From: Candidatus Multivoradales bacterium | GTDB taxonomy: Bacteria; Acidobacteriota; Thermoanaerobaculia; Multivoradales; JAHEKO01 | Direction: 5' to 3' | Length of the DNA: 64,000 nucleotides | Assembly: GCA_965223855.1 (NCBI GenBank) | Contig: CBDCXM010000009.1 | Location: 256,001-320,000 of the forward strand | Part shown: positions 54,743 through 64,000 of the stretch, one piece after another | How positions within the stretch are numbered: the stretch's first letter is position 1 | Layout: every line of letters starts with the position of its first letter | Position numbers and translations under genes: made by a program | The notes under the pieces: model-generated | What the model was told of the DNA's origin: nothing | What the model saw: only the letters and a program-made list of their open reading frames with translations | Database searches by the model: none

Positions 54743-55042
54743 GGAACGTTCCTCCTCCTAGGGACATGCCGGCGCCCCCGCCCGCGAAACGGTGGCGCGA
54801 AGACGAACCGGCACTGCTTGAAACAGAAGACAGCAAGGAAGAAGAGTTGCTAGCCCACGGTCAACGGGTTCCCCCGCAAGAGAGGTTCCCGTTGTTTGTT
54901 CATGCTTCGATCCGTTCTGCGATCACACCGATTGCTGCAGTGAGAGCCTAGGGTCCGCCGCTCCGAGGGCGTCCGAACGCTGGCCCTGAACCGTTTCTGA
55001 ATCGCCGATCCCGGGCGGCGCCGGAAGGCACGTCGGTACAGA

Positions 55043-57007
55043 ATGGTCGATATGAAACCTCGAACCCTGACCGGTTGGTTCCCGTCCAGCCCCGTTCTCG
55101 GGCTTCTCCCTGCCGCTCTCCTGGCAGCACTCCTCTCCACCGCGGCCACCGCCCAGATCCACCGCGTCTCTGACGCAGTGCGCCAGGCCGACCTCCACCG
55201 CGAGGCAGAGATCCTCCGCATGGTCAAGGTCCCCATGCGCGACGGCGTCCACCTCGCCACCGAGATCTACCTGCCGAAGAGCCGCACCGGCCCGGTGCCT
55301 GCGGTCTTCTGGCGCACCCCGTACAACTTCTCGGAGCTCGCCGGCTCGAATCCGGCGCGGCCGAACGCGCGGCTCAAGTACGCGCTCGATTCGATCCGCA
55401 ACGGGTACGCCTTCGTCGTGCAGAACGAGCGCGGCAAGTTCTTCTCGGAGGGCGAGTGGGAGATCCTCGGGCATCCACGCACCGACGGCTACGACGCGCT
55501 CACCTGGATCGCCGACCAGCCGTGGTCGAGCGGCAAGGTGGCGACGCTCGGGTGTTCGTCGACGGCGGAGTGGCAGATGGGGCTCGCCGCCATGGACCAT
55601 CCGGCTCATGCTGCCGCGGTGCCGATGGGGCAAGGCGCGGGCATCGGGCGCATGGGGCCGTACTTCGAGCAGGGCAACTTCTACCGCGGCGGGGCGATTC
55701 AGATGCCGATGGTGGTGTGGCTCTTCGGCGAGCAGGTGTCGCCGCGGCCGACCTTCCCGGCCGACGCCACGCGCGACGAGCTCGAGCGGATCGCGCGCTG
55801 GTTCGATCTCGCGGCGCGGCCGCCGAGCGTCGACTGGGGCGCCCGGCTGCACGACCTGCCGGTCGTCGGGATGATGGAGCGCAACGGCGGCGGCCCCGGG
55901 CTCTTCGCTGCCGCGACGCAGCGGCTGCCGGACGACCCTGCCTGGTACGAGAGGGGTCTCTACCACGACGACGAGGGCTTCTCGGTGCCGGCGCTGTGGG
56001 TCAACTCCTGGTACGACCTCGGGGTCTCACCGAATCTCGAGCTCTTCCGGCACGTGCGCGAGAACGCCGACGAGGACGTGCGCGACCACCAGTACATGAT
56101 CGTCGCCCCGTCTGCGCACTGCGCGATGTACCGGCTGACCGACCCGCTGATCGTCGGTGAGCGCAACATGGGGACGGTCGATTTCGGTTTCGACGACATC
56201 GTCTTCGACTTCCTCGACCGCTTCCTCAAGGAGCCGAGCGACGAGGAGGCCGGGCGCTACGACAGCGAGACCCCCCGGGTGCGCTACTTCGCCATGGGGG
56301 ACGCTCCCGAGAAGGGGTGGAAGACGGCGCCCGACTGGCCGCCGGCGACCCGGGCGAAGACCCTCTACCTCGGCAGCGGCGACGGCGCCAACAGCCTCTT
56401 CGGTGACGGGGTGTTGATCGCCGACCCGGCGGGGGACGGTTCGGACGTCGACCGCTTCACCTACGACCCGATGGTTCCGGTGCCGACCCGCGGTGGCAAC
56501 TTCTGCTGCCTCGGGGGCGAGCCGGAGGGCTCGTTCGATCAGCGGCCGGTCGAAGCGCGGCAGGACGTCCTCGTCTACACCTCGGAGCCGTTCACGGAGG
56601 CGACCGAGGTCTCCGGCTTCGTCGAAGTCGTGCTCTACGTCAGCTCCCATGCGCGAGACACCGACTTCACCGTCAAGCTGATCGACGTCGACCGGGAGGG
56701 CCGTGCCTTCAATCTCGACGACGCGATCCTGAGAGCGCGCTATCGGGAAGGGTTCGACCGCGAAGTCTGGATGGAGGACGGCGAGGTCTACGAGATCCGA
56801 CTCGGCCCGCTCTCGACCTCGAACATCTTCGACGAGGGACACCGCGTGCGGGTCGAGGTCTCGAGCAGCAACTTCCCGCGCTACGACCGCAACCTCAACA
56901 CCGGCGGCAACAACTGGGACGAGACCGAGGGGGTGACGGCGCACAACGCGGTGCACCACTCGACGCAGTACCCGTCGCGCATCGTGCTGCCAATCGTCGG
57001 CGACTGA
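55043..57007 (+). CDS. CocE/NonD family hydrolase
   Basis: VPMRDGVHLATEIYLP, RTPYN, GCSS nucleophile region, SSSNFPRYDRNLNTG. Confidence 0.92.
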   Translation: MVDMKPRTLTGWFPSSPVLGLLPAALLAALLSTAATAQIHRVSDAVRQADLHREAEILRMVKVPMRDGVHLATEIYLPKSRTGPVPAVFWRTPYNFSELAGSNPARPNARLKYALDSIRNGYAFVVQNERGKFFSEGEWEILGHPRTDGYDALTWIADQPWSSGKVATLGCSSTAEWQMGLAAMDHPAHAAAVPMGQGAGIGRMGPYFEQGNFYRGGAIQMPMVVWLFGEQVSPRPTFPADATRDELERIARWFDLAARPPSVDWGARLHDLPVVGMMERNGGGPGLFAAATQRLPDDPAWYERGLYHDDEGFSVPALWVNSWYDLGVSPNLELFRHVRENADEDVRDHQYMIVAPSAHCAMYRLTDPLIVGERNMGTVDFGFDDIVFDFLDRFLKEPSDEEAGRYDSETPRVRYFAMGDAPEKGWKTAPDWPPATRAKTLYLGSGDGANSLFGDGVLIADPAGDGSDVDRFTYDPMVPVPTRGGNFCCLGGEPEGSFDQRPVEARQDVLVYTSEPFTEATEVSGFVEVVLYVSSHARDTDFTVKLIDVDREGRAFNLDDAILRARYREGFDREVWMEDGEVYEIRLGPLSTSNIFDEGHRVRVEVSSSNFPRYDRNLNTGGNNWDETEGVTAHNAVHHSTQYPSRIVLPIVGD

Positions 57008-57085
57008 CGGCGGGAGCCTGCCGGTGAGCGGCATGGCGCGCCGGTCGGCTTGAACCGTTTGCGGGCCGGACACGAAGTAGGGCAC

Positions 57086-58087
57086 ATGACCCGGCTTCGC
57101 TCTCTCGCGCTCCTCGCCCTCCTTTCGCAGACATCCTCTCTGTCGGTGGAGGCCGCCGACCGGCAGGTTCCACCGACCCTCGAGGTCGCCAGAGAGGTCG
57201 CGATCGCACCGGGCACCTCGGAGAAGATCGTCGTCGCCGAGAAGGCCGGGCCGTTCCGCCGCAGCCTGCGGCTGCACGTTCCGAAGGGCTTCGACCCGAG
57301 TCGGACCTACCCGCTCGTCGTCGCGCTCCACGGAGGGGTGGCGACCGCGAGGATCTTCGAGACACAGAGCGCGCTCAGCGAAGCGGCCGATCGACACGGC
57401 TTCTTCGTCGCCTATCCGAACGGCATGGGCATCTTCTCGGCGCTACGGCACTGGAACGGCGGGTACTGCTGTGCGCGGGCAAGAAGAATCGGGCTCGACG
57501 ACCCGGGGTTCCTCGACCGGGTGCGCGACTGGGTGTCGCAGGCCTACCCGATCGATCCCGATCGGCACTACGTGATCGGCTACTCCAACGGCGGCATGCT
57601 CGCGTACTGGTACGCCGCCACGCGCGCCGACGAGCTTGCCGGGCTCGGTATCTGGGCTTCCTCGATCAGCCTCGGCGGCCTGGAGGGCCGATGGACGATG
57701 CCGTCGCCCGAGACGGCCGTGCCCGCGGTGATCGCTCATGGGCTCGAGGACCCGAGGCTGCCCTTCGACTCCGGGTACGAAGCGGGCGGCACGAAGCGCG
57801 AGAACTCACCCCTGCTCGGTGCCGTCGGCTCGGCCCGCTGGTGGGCCGAGGCCAACGGCTGCCAAGAGGAGCCGACCACCCCTACCGCGACCGACGACGC
57901 CTATGAGACGACCGCCTGGTGCGCCGAGTCGACGGAGCGTCGGGTCACCCTCCTCGCCTACCCGGAAGGGACGCACGACTGGCCCGGCCCGAATCGAGCC
58001 CGCAAGCTCGACCCGGGCCATCCACTCAAGAATGCCGACCTCGCCGAGACGATGTGGCGGCTGCTCGACGGCGACCGTTCGCCCTGA
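57086..58087 (+). CDS. Secreted PHB-depolymerase/LpqC-like esterase
   Basis: PLVVALHGG, VAYPNG, WNGGYCC, GYSNGG, HDWPG. Confidence 0.85.
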   Translation: MTRLRSLALLALLSQTSSLSVEAADRQVPPTLEVAREVAIAPGTSEKIVVAEKAGPFRRSLRLHVPKGFDPSRTYPLVVALHGGVATARIFETQSALSEAADRHGFFVAYPNGMGIFSALRHWNGGYCCARARRIGLDDPGFLDRVRDWVSQAYPIDPDRHYVIGYSNGGMLAYWYAATRADELAGLGIWASSISLGGLEGRWTMPSPETAVPAVIAHGLEDPRLPFDSGYEAGGTKRENSPLLGAVGSARWWAEANGCQEEPTTPTATDDAYETTAWCAESTERRVTLLAYPEGTHDWPGPNRARKLDPGHPLKNADLAETMWRLLDGDRSP

Positions 58088-58136
58088 TCCTCTCGCCGCC
58101 CTCCCGAGGGCCGGGCGGCCGCTAGAGTGGGTCGCC

Positions 58137-58952
58137 ATGCGGATCGAGATCGAACTCGAAGGCGCCCGCCACACGATCCACTGCCGCCAGTTCGGACAGA
58201 AGGGTCGCGACCAGCCGACGCTGTTCCATCTCCACGGTGGCTGGGGCTACTCGATCTACCCGTTCGATGTTCAGATCGAGGCTCTGGAAGCGAGTTGCCG
58301 GATCCTCATCCCCGACCGGATCGGCTACGGCCGATCAGGACGGCGCGAGGCGCCTTTGTCGCTCGACTTTCACCGGCAGGCCGCGCACGAGACGCTCGCC
58401 GTGATGGACGCTCTCGGCCTCGAGCGGGCGTGGTTGTGGGGCCATAGCGATGGAGCGTGCATTGCCGCCTGGATCGGCCTGTTGGCTCCCGAGCGATGTC
58501 GGGCGCTCGTTCTCGAGGCGCTGCACTACGAGCGGGCCAAGCCGCGTTCGGTCGACTTCTTCCGCGCCATGGAGGTCGCCCCCTGGTCTCTCGGGGCGAG
58601 GGTGGCCGAGGTGATGGCGGCAGAGCACGGCGACGACTCCTGGCAGGAGCTGATGCGACTCGGCGGGGAGGTGTGGCGGCGCATCCGCGAAACGCCGCAT
58701 TCGCACGAAGACCTCTTCGACGGCAGGCTTGGAGAGCTTCGGACGCCGACCCTCGTGCTTCACGGCGCCCGAGATCCTCGCACCGAGCCGGGCGAACTCG
58801 AAGCGGCGAAGGCCTGTCTACCGGGTGCCGAGCTGAAGGTGCTCGAGGAGGGGCGGCACTGCCCCCACGCCGAAGCCGAGGTACAGGGCGAAGCGACCGC
58901 GGCAGCGGTCGACTTTCTGACTCGGCATGGGCTTTCGGCGGGGGGAGCCTAG
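58137..58952 (+). CDS. Alpha/beta hydrolase
   Basis: LHGG, DRIGYGRS, GHSDG, HGARD, HCPH. Confidence 0.88.
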   Translation: MRIEIELEGARHTIHCRQFGQKGRDQPTLFHLHGGWGYSIYPFDVQIEALEASCRILIPDRIGYGRSGRREAPLSLDFHRQAAHETLAVMDALGLERAWLWGHSDGACIAAWIGLLAPERCRALVLEALHYERAKPRSVDFFRAMEVAPWSLGARVAEVMAAEHGDDSWQELMRLGGEVWRRIRETPHSHEDLFDGRLGELRTPTLVLHGARDPRTEPGELEAAKACLPGAELKVLEEGRHCPHAEAEVQGEATAAAVDFLTRHGLSAGGA

Positions 58953-59845
58953 CGGTCGGCAACCGGGTCGGCGGAAGGCTCCTTCAGCTGCACGTCGAGG
59001 TACTCCAACACCCGCTCCCGAGTCTCCTCGACCTCTGCGTTGCCCGGATAGTGCCCTGTCAGCACCGAGTGGTCGTCGCCGGCCAGCTGGTGGACCTCGA
59101 TCTGCCCCTCGAAGGTCGAAGCGAAGGCCGCCATCCGCTCCCTGGGGCTGATGGTGTCGCCCTCGAAATGAAGCGCCAGAAACGGCAGTCCGGCATCGCG
59201 TACGGCGTCGATCACTTCACCCGACACCCCGAGACTGGCGCGCCGCTTCGCCTTGCCGGGGCCGACCGGCAACGGCAGGCTGGGCTGACTGAGGACCGCC
59301 GCTCGCAACGGCACCCGGGGCAGCAACTCGAGCGGCACGGCGCCGGTGAGGCACATGCCGATCACACCGAGACCCTCGGCGCCCGTATCGACGAGAGCAC
59401 GGTGGGAGAGATCCGCCAGCCAGTCGACGATCGGAGAGCCGCCCTCGATGGCGAACGGGCTCCAGCGCCCCGAGAAGAGAACTCTCAGACTGTTGCCCAG
59501 CGAACCGCGGCGAGCCGGCTTGCCGAAGAGCAGCGGCAGGTAAACCTTGAAACCCCTGTCCACGAGGTCCTCCGCCAGGCAGACGGACTCCGGAGTCATC
59601 CCGGGGAGCTCGTGGAGCAGCAGCACCGGCGGGCCATCGTTGTCGGAGACGAAGACGGGTTTCGTCAGACCGAGCGCCTGATGCTCGACTCTCGAGAATC
59701 GGGATCTCAGAACATCGTCGGCGGCGCTCTCGCCACAAGCCGGAGCCGGCTCGTGCTGTGAGCCCGAGATGGCCACCACGACAAGGGCGGCGAGCATGGC
59801 GGCCGTCACCGCGAGTGTCGCCGCACGCTTCGATCGCTGTCTCAT
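58949..59845 (-). CDS. Dienelactone-hydrolase-family protein
   Basis: LLHELPGMTP, GVIGMCLTG, VLSQPSLP, HSVLT. Confidence 0.82.
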   Translation of the reverse strand: MRQRSKRAATLAVTAAMLAALVVVAISGSQHEPAPACGESAADDVLRSRFSRVEHQALGLTKPVFVSDNDGPPVLLLHELPGMTPESVCLAEDLVDRGFKVYLPLLFGKPARRGSLGNSLRVLFSGRWSPFAIEGGSPIVDWLADLSHRALVDTGAEGLGVIGMCLTGAVPLELLPRVPLRAAVLSQPSLPLPVGPGKAKRRASLGVSGEVIDAVRDAGLPFLALHFEGDTISPRERMAAFASTFEGQIEVHQLAGDDHSVLTGHYPGNAEVEETRERVLEYLDVQLKEPSADPVADR

Positions 59846-60038
59846 CCCTCGAATCCTCGGTCTGGCCGGTGCCCGGAGCCCTCCGCAGAGGCTGGCCGGC
59901 GGCACGTCGCAGGCTCCCCCACACTGTATCCGTCTCACAGACAACAAGCCCCAAATACAGATAGTGCGGAATCCCTCTGGTACCCTCGGTGAGTTCTCCC
60001 ACAGTTCAATGGCACCACTCCGAGACTGGAGGCCTTCG

Positions 60039-61907
60039 ATGTCGAAGTTCCGTGGCACGCCTCACCCTGCCCTGCGCCTCGTCGCAGCCGCGCTGTTCGT
60101 GGCCTTCGCCCTCACGGCCGGAGGCCCGTCAGCCGACACCACCGCTCCCTTTGCGGTCGATCTCACCAGCCCGGCGCCTCCCGACACCACCGGCCTGCCG
60201 ATGACGATTACGGCGAACAACCAGTACGCCTGGGACGCCTTCGCCTGGCAGTCGTTCGTCGCCATGAACTGGCCGGCGATCACGCCGACCGAGGACAACG
60301 GATGGCTACGGGGATGGCCGAGCCGGGCGGCCGGTGAGACGTTCGACAACGCGGGTGCTGCCGAGATGCTGGTGTGGGAGACCTTCAAGGAGAAGCGCGA
60401 AGTCTTCTACTACGGCGTCGACACGATGAGCGAGGCGGACCCGTCGCCGTGGAGCGCCGACTTCAACTACGGCTCGCAGCCCTCGGCGGACGATGGCGGC
60501 GATCATCCCAAGCGACTGACCGCCAACGCCAAGCAGACCCCTCCGGCCGATACGGTCGACACGCTCGACGAGACGGTCGAGGTCAAGGGCGAGGCGCTCG
60601 AGAGCTACTACGCGGACATCAAGTTCCGGAACCACACGCCGACGGTGGCGCGGGTCTTCCGCGGCACCCAGCCGGACCTCGGCGGCTACGGCGGCGGCAA
60701 CCCGAGCCCCGGCAACGCGGTGCGCTACGAGGTCAAGGTCAACTACGACTTCTTCGACTACGTCGTCGACAACGGTCTCTACTTCGACGCCACCCGCAGC
60801 GCCAAACTGCCGGCGCAACTGCCGTGGCGCACCAGCGCTTCCGGAACCTCGACCAGCCACCACGAATTCGGCTACGACATGAACACCTGGGCGACCGAGA
60901 AATACGTCGCCTCACCGCCCAAGGGGGCCAACCCGCCGCTCATCGGCTCGGTCCACATCAAGGCGGCGTGGGCGCCGATCGAGGAGAGCGAGAGCCAGTA
61001 CTTCGTTGCCCGGGAAGCGGAGTACTTCGTCAGCACCGACCCGAGCGATCCCTCCACAAAGACCTACGAAACGGGGCTCTACGGTCTGGTCGGGCTCCAC
61101 ATCATCCAGCGTATCAAGGTCGATCCCGACAAGCCGCTGGGGGGAGCCTTCATCTTCTCGACCTGGGAACACCGGGGCATCGACGACCCCACCGACCCGA
61201 CGCAACCGAGCTACCCGGGACCGACGACCCAGTACTCCTACACCAACTACTTCCTCAACCCGGTCACCTACCAGTTCAGCGAGCCGATCCCGAACGTCTT
61301 CGGCACGGGCGCCGAGGCGCCGTTCTACGTCAACCGCCTCTACCCGATCCTGCCGCACACGGTGAGGGCCAACGAGATGTTCTGGAGCCAGCTCTCGCCC
61401 GACTCGATCTGGCACAACTACCGGCTCGTCGGCACCCAGTTCATGCCCCACAACATCACCACCGACGGCCCGATCATGGGCAACGGCCAGGCGGGCAAGA
61501 ACCCGCCGCAGCCCAACACGACCACCAACCCCAACACCGGCGGCGAGCCGGGGGTCGGCGACCAGCCCTACTACCTGTCGAACCTGGTGATCGAGACCAA
61601 CCTCGGTCTGCAGCAGTTCCAGGGGCAGCCGCCGAGCTTCTTCCCGGCGGTCAACTTCAAGACCAAGGTCGACCCGAACACCTCGGTGTCGGATTTCGTC
61701 CGCACGGGGACGTCGTCGAAGTTCGGCAACATCTCCTACGGCGGCACCACCTACAGCACCGGGGGGTGCATGGGGTGCCACGGCGTGGCTCAGCTGCAGG
61801 GCTTTTCGTTCAGCTTCGTGCTGCTCGCCGGTCAGGCGGGCGCGGACCCGGATTCCGAGCTGGATTTCCTGGCGCCGTTGACGGCACCTACGACCAGCTC
61901 GAACTGA
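60039..61907 (+). CDS. Large secreted protein with a single C-terminal CxxCH heme c motif
   Basis: GGAGG RBS, signal peptide, AWQSFVAMNWP, VWETFK, LVGLHI, NYRLVGTQ, LSNLVIET, GCMGCH. Confidence 0.75.
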   Translation: MSKFRGTPHPALRLVAAALFVAFALTAGGPSADTTAPFAVDLTSPAPPDTTGLPMTITANNQYAWDAFAWQSFVAMNWPAITPTEDNGWLRGWPSRAAGETFDNAGAAEMLVWETFKEKREVFYYGVDTMSEADPSPWSADFNYGSQPSADDGGDHPKRLTANAKQTPPADTVDTLDETVEVKGEALESYYADIKFRNHTPTVARVFRGTQPDLGGYGGGNPSPGNAVRYEVKVNYDFFDYVVDNGLYFDATRSAKLPAQLPWRTSASGTSTSHHEFGYDMNTWATEKYVASPPKGANPPLIGSVHIKAAWAPIEESESQYFVAREAEYFVSTDPSDPSTKTYETGLYGLVGLHIIQRIKVDPDKPLGGAFIFSTWEHRGIDDPTDPTQPSYPGPTTQYSYTNYFLNPVTYQFSEPIPNVFGTGAEAPFYVNRLYPILPHTVRANEMFWSQLSPDSIWHNYRLVGTQFMPHNITTDGPIMGNGQAGKNPPQPNTTTNPNTGGEPGVGDQPYYLSNLVIETNLGLQQFQGQPPSFFPAVNFKTKVDPNTSVSDFVRTGTSSKFGNISYGGTTYSTGGCMGCHGVAQLQGFSFSFVLLAGQAGADPDSELDFLAPLTAPTTSSN

Positions 61908-62023
61908 CGCGAGTCAGCCGGATAGCCCCGGGTGCAAGATCCCGAAGGGCGATTCCGTCCTGGATCGTGGAGGGCGGCCGTGGCGCCGCCCGGGTCCAAC
62001 GAACCAGGAACGGGAGAGCAGCC

Positions 62024-62308
62024 ATGTCCTCAGGCTTGTACACAGTGATCGTCGATTTCGACGGGCAGACCCACGGGATGCAGGTCTTCGCCGGCACCCT
62101 CGAGAGCATCCTCGACACCTGGCTCGGGTGGGGTGCGCGCGGCGGAGTGCCCGAGCACTTCTCCGCCGTCCTGAACGCGGTGCACGAATCAGGGCAGATA
62201 CCCGAAGAGGTGGAGTCGCTGCAGCACGTCTGGTCGATGACGGAGACCGTCGGCGAGCAGCAGGCATTCGTTCACGTCGTCCGAACGGTCGAGGACGATC
62301 CGTTCTGA
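62024..62308 (+). CDS. Small hypothetical protein
   Basis: GGAG RBS; MSSGLYTVIVDFDGQTHGMQV...LQHVW...VHVVRT, with plausible composition. Confidence 0.6.
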   Translation: MSSGLYTVIVDFDGQTHGMQVFAGTLESILDTWLGWGARGGVPEHFSAVLNAVHESGQIPEEVESLQHVWSMTETVGEQQAFVHVVRTVEDDPF

Positions 62309-62368
62309 CCGCTCGCCTTCCCCAAAGCATGGCTCGAGTCCCCAGCGACCCACAGCACATGTACCCGT

Positions 62369-63658
62369 CTACGACGCCTCGTCGGCAGAGTTGAGATCCC
62401 ACAGCGCGCTCATCGGAAGAGCGTGAAGGCGCGACCCGAAGGGCAGACGCTCTTCTCCCCCGTAGAGCACGATGCCGTGATGGAATCTCCCGCCGGCGGT
62501 CTGGCGAAGCGCCTCGAGGCCGCGGAAGTCGCCCTCGGTCACGGTACGGCCGCTCTTGACTTCGATGCCCACGATCCGCCGATCCTCGCTCTCGAGGACC
62601 AGATCGACTTCCCGCCCTGAAGACGTTCGGAAATGGTAGAGGCCATAGCGCTCGTTCGCCCAACCGCTCTGCTTGAGAAGCTCGGCCAGAACGAAGTTCT
62701 CCTGCAGAACTCCCAGCGATCTGCGATCGTCCCTGAGCGTAGCCCGGGTCCAGCCGGCCAACCGGCACAGGAGCCCGGTGTCGACGAAATGGAGTTTCGG
62801 AGACTTGACGAGGCGCTTCGACGGCTTCTTCGCCCACGCAGGAACGAGGTGAACGAGGTAGGTGTGCTCGAAGAGCGCGATGTAACGTTTGAGGGTGGTC
62901 TGGGCGATCCCGGCATCACGCGAGATGGCCGCGTAGTTGACCAGCGACGCGGCGCGATGGCTCAGCAGCTCGAGGAGCAAGGGCAGGGTGCTGAGGCCCT
63001 CTACGTTGGCGAGTTCGCGAATGTCGCGAGCCAACAGGGTCTGCAGGTACGCGTCGAACCACGCCGCCCGCCGGGGCGATGATCGTCCTTCTGCCTCAGG
63101 GTAGCCCCCCTTCAGGGCTGAGCCCACGACATCGTAGTCACCCTTCGCCTGAAACGGAGGCAGGCGCCTCTGGAAGAGTCCGTCGAGGAAGCCCTCCCGA
63201 ACACCGCGAAGTTCACCCTGAGAGAAGGGCCGGAGGGTCAGCACCTCCATCCGGCCCACCAGCGACTCGGAGACCTTCGGCAAAGCCAGTACGTTGGCGG
63301 AACCGGTGAGGAGGAACCTTCCCGGGGACCGGTTCATGTCCACTGCCTGCTTGATCGCCGGGAAGAGGGCCGGAGCACGCTGGACCTCGTCGAGAACGAC
63401 GGGCCCCTGGCGCTCCGAGATGAACCCCCATGGATCTGCGGTCGCTGCAGCCAGCACGCTGGCGTCGTCCATGGTCAGGTAGCCGGCCTGCCGCTCGTCG
63501 CCGACGGACTTCGCCAGAGTCGTCTTGCCGACCTGGCGGGCGCCCACAAGGAGCACAACCGGCGTGTCGCGGAGGGCCTCGGCCAACCTTCTTCTGAGAT
63601 GGCGGCGAATCACCGCCGAAAGGGTACGCCCCATCACAGAGAAAATCAACCACGACAC
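62369..63658 (-). CDS. AAA+ ATPase with DUF4143 C-terminal domain
   Basis: GARQVGKTT, LDEVQ, LLTGS, SESLVGR, GGYPE, EVDLVLE, GIEVKS; the start may be ~63613. Confidence 0.9.
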   Translation of the reverse strand: MSWLIFSVMGRTLSAVIRRHLRRRLAEALRDTPVVLLVGARQVGKTTLAKSVGDERQAGYLTMDDASVLAAATADPWGFISERQGPVVLDEVQRAPALFPAIKQAVDMNRSPGRFLLTGSANVLALPKVSESLVGRMEVLTLRPFSQGELRGVREGFLDGLFQRRLPPFQAKGDYDVVGSALKGGYPEAEGRSSPRRAAWFDAYLQTLLARDIRELANVEGLSTLPLLLELLSHRAASLVNYAAISRDAGIAQTTLKRYIALFEHTYLVHLVPAWAKKPSKRLVKSPKLHFVDTGLLCRLAGWTRATLRDDRRSLGVLQENFVLAELLKQSGWANERYGLYHFRTSSGREVDLVLESEDRRIVGIEVKSGRTVTEGDFRGLEALRQTAGGRFHHGIVLYGGEERLPFGSRLHALPMSALWDLNSADEAS

Positions 63659-63734
63659 GGACGATAATCATCCACCACGTGGACGATTTGCAGCCCAGGA
63701 GTCCTCCTCGGCGACCGGCCGGATTCGCCCGCCG

Positions 63735-64000
63735 TCAGCGACGCGTGATCGTGATCTCGTCCGGAAACTCGATCGGCCCCAATGGGGTCTGGAGCGTCGG
63801 ACGGACCAGCAGGCGCAGCGAGGCGCCCTCGCCATCCTCCCCCGCCGCGTCGAGAGCGACATCGACCAGCTCCCGCAGGTCGTCCTCGAAGAACCGCAAC
63901 AGGTCGAGACGGATCGGTACCGGCAGGTCCGAGACCTGCCCCGGTTCGAGCGGCGTCGTCTCGGTCACCCGGCCGCTGACGGTCTCGCGATCGTCGATCA
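63735..64000 (-). CDS. Partial protein (C-terminus), LEA_2-like
   Basis: Open frame to the window edge: ..LEPGQVSDLPVPIRLDL...VRPTLQTPLGPIEFP. Confidence 0.5.
   Translation of the reverse strand, partial: IDDRETVSGRVTETTPLEPGQVSDLPVPIRLDLLRFFEDDLRELVDVALDAAGEDGEGASLRLLVRPTLQTPLGPIEFPDEITITRR

Noticed and set aside
59920-59965. LexA-like CTGT...ACAG site in the divergent promoter region
   Set aside because: The spacing is N9 rather than N8 and the flanking genes have no SOS link; it may still be some other operator.
53243-64000. Integrative element or prophage downstream of tRNA-Ser(TGA)
   Set aside because: No integrase, phage or conjugation genes, and I noticed no distal att copy within the window.

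Overview
High-GC bacterial chromosomal window. The gene content and a C-terminal 'FxDGFESGD' motif suggest Acidobacteriota/Thermoanaerobaculia, which is an inference only. Left to right it holds: a sulfide/sulfane-sulfur handling cluster (persulfide dioxygenase-like MBL hydrolase, two YeeE/YedE proteins, SulP, SQR); a Fur-TonB receptor-Fe3+ ABC operon with a palindromic Fur-like box; TCA and housekeeping genes (gltA, queE/queD, frameshifted acnA, sucA, gltX, tkt, amn); a PIG-L deacetylase/ABC/MFS operon; an ECF sigma/anti-sigma/DUF4097 unit; a sigma54 two-component system beside general-stress genes with two clear -24/-12 promoters; and a run of secreted hydrolases. The most unusual feature concerns the three tRNA genes (Gln-CTG, Ser-GCT, Ser-TGA). 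Each is followed by one or more ~170-bp structured modules carrying an inverted copy of that tRNA's own T-arm and ending in a direct copy of its own 3' end. Hairpin stems covary between copies. There is also a strong candidate ECF-promoter-driven, C/U-rich small RNA between queD and acnA. No integrase, transposase or cas gene is visible.
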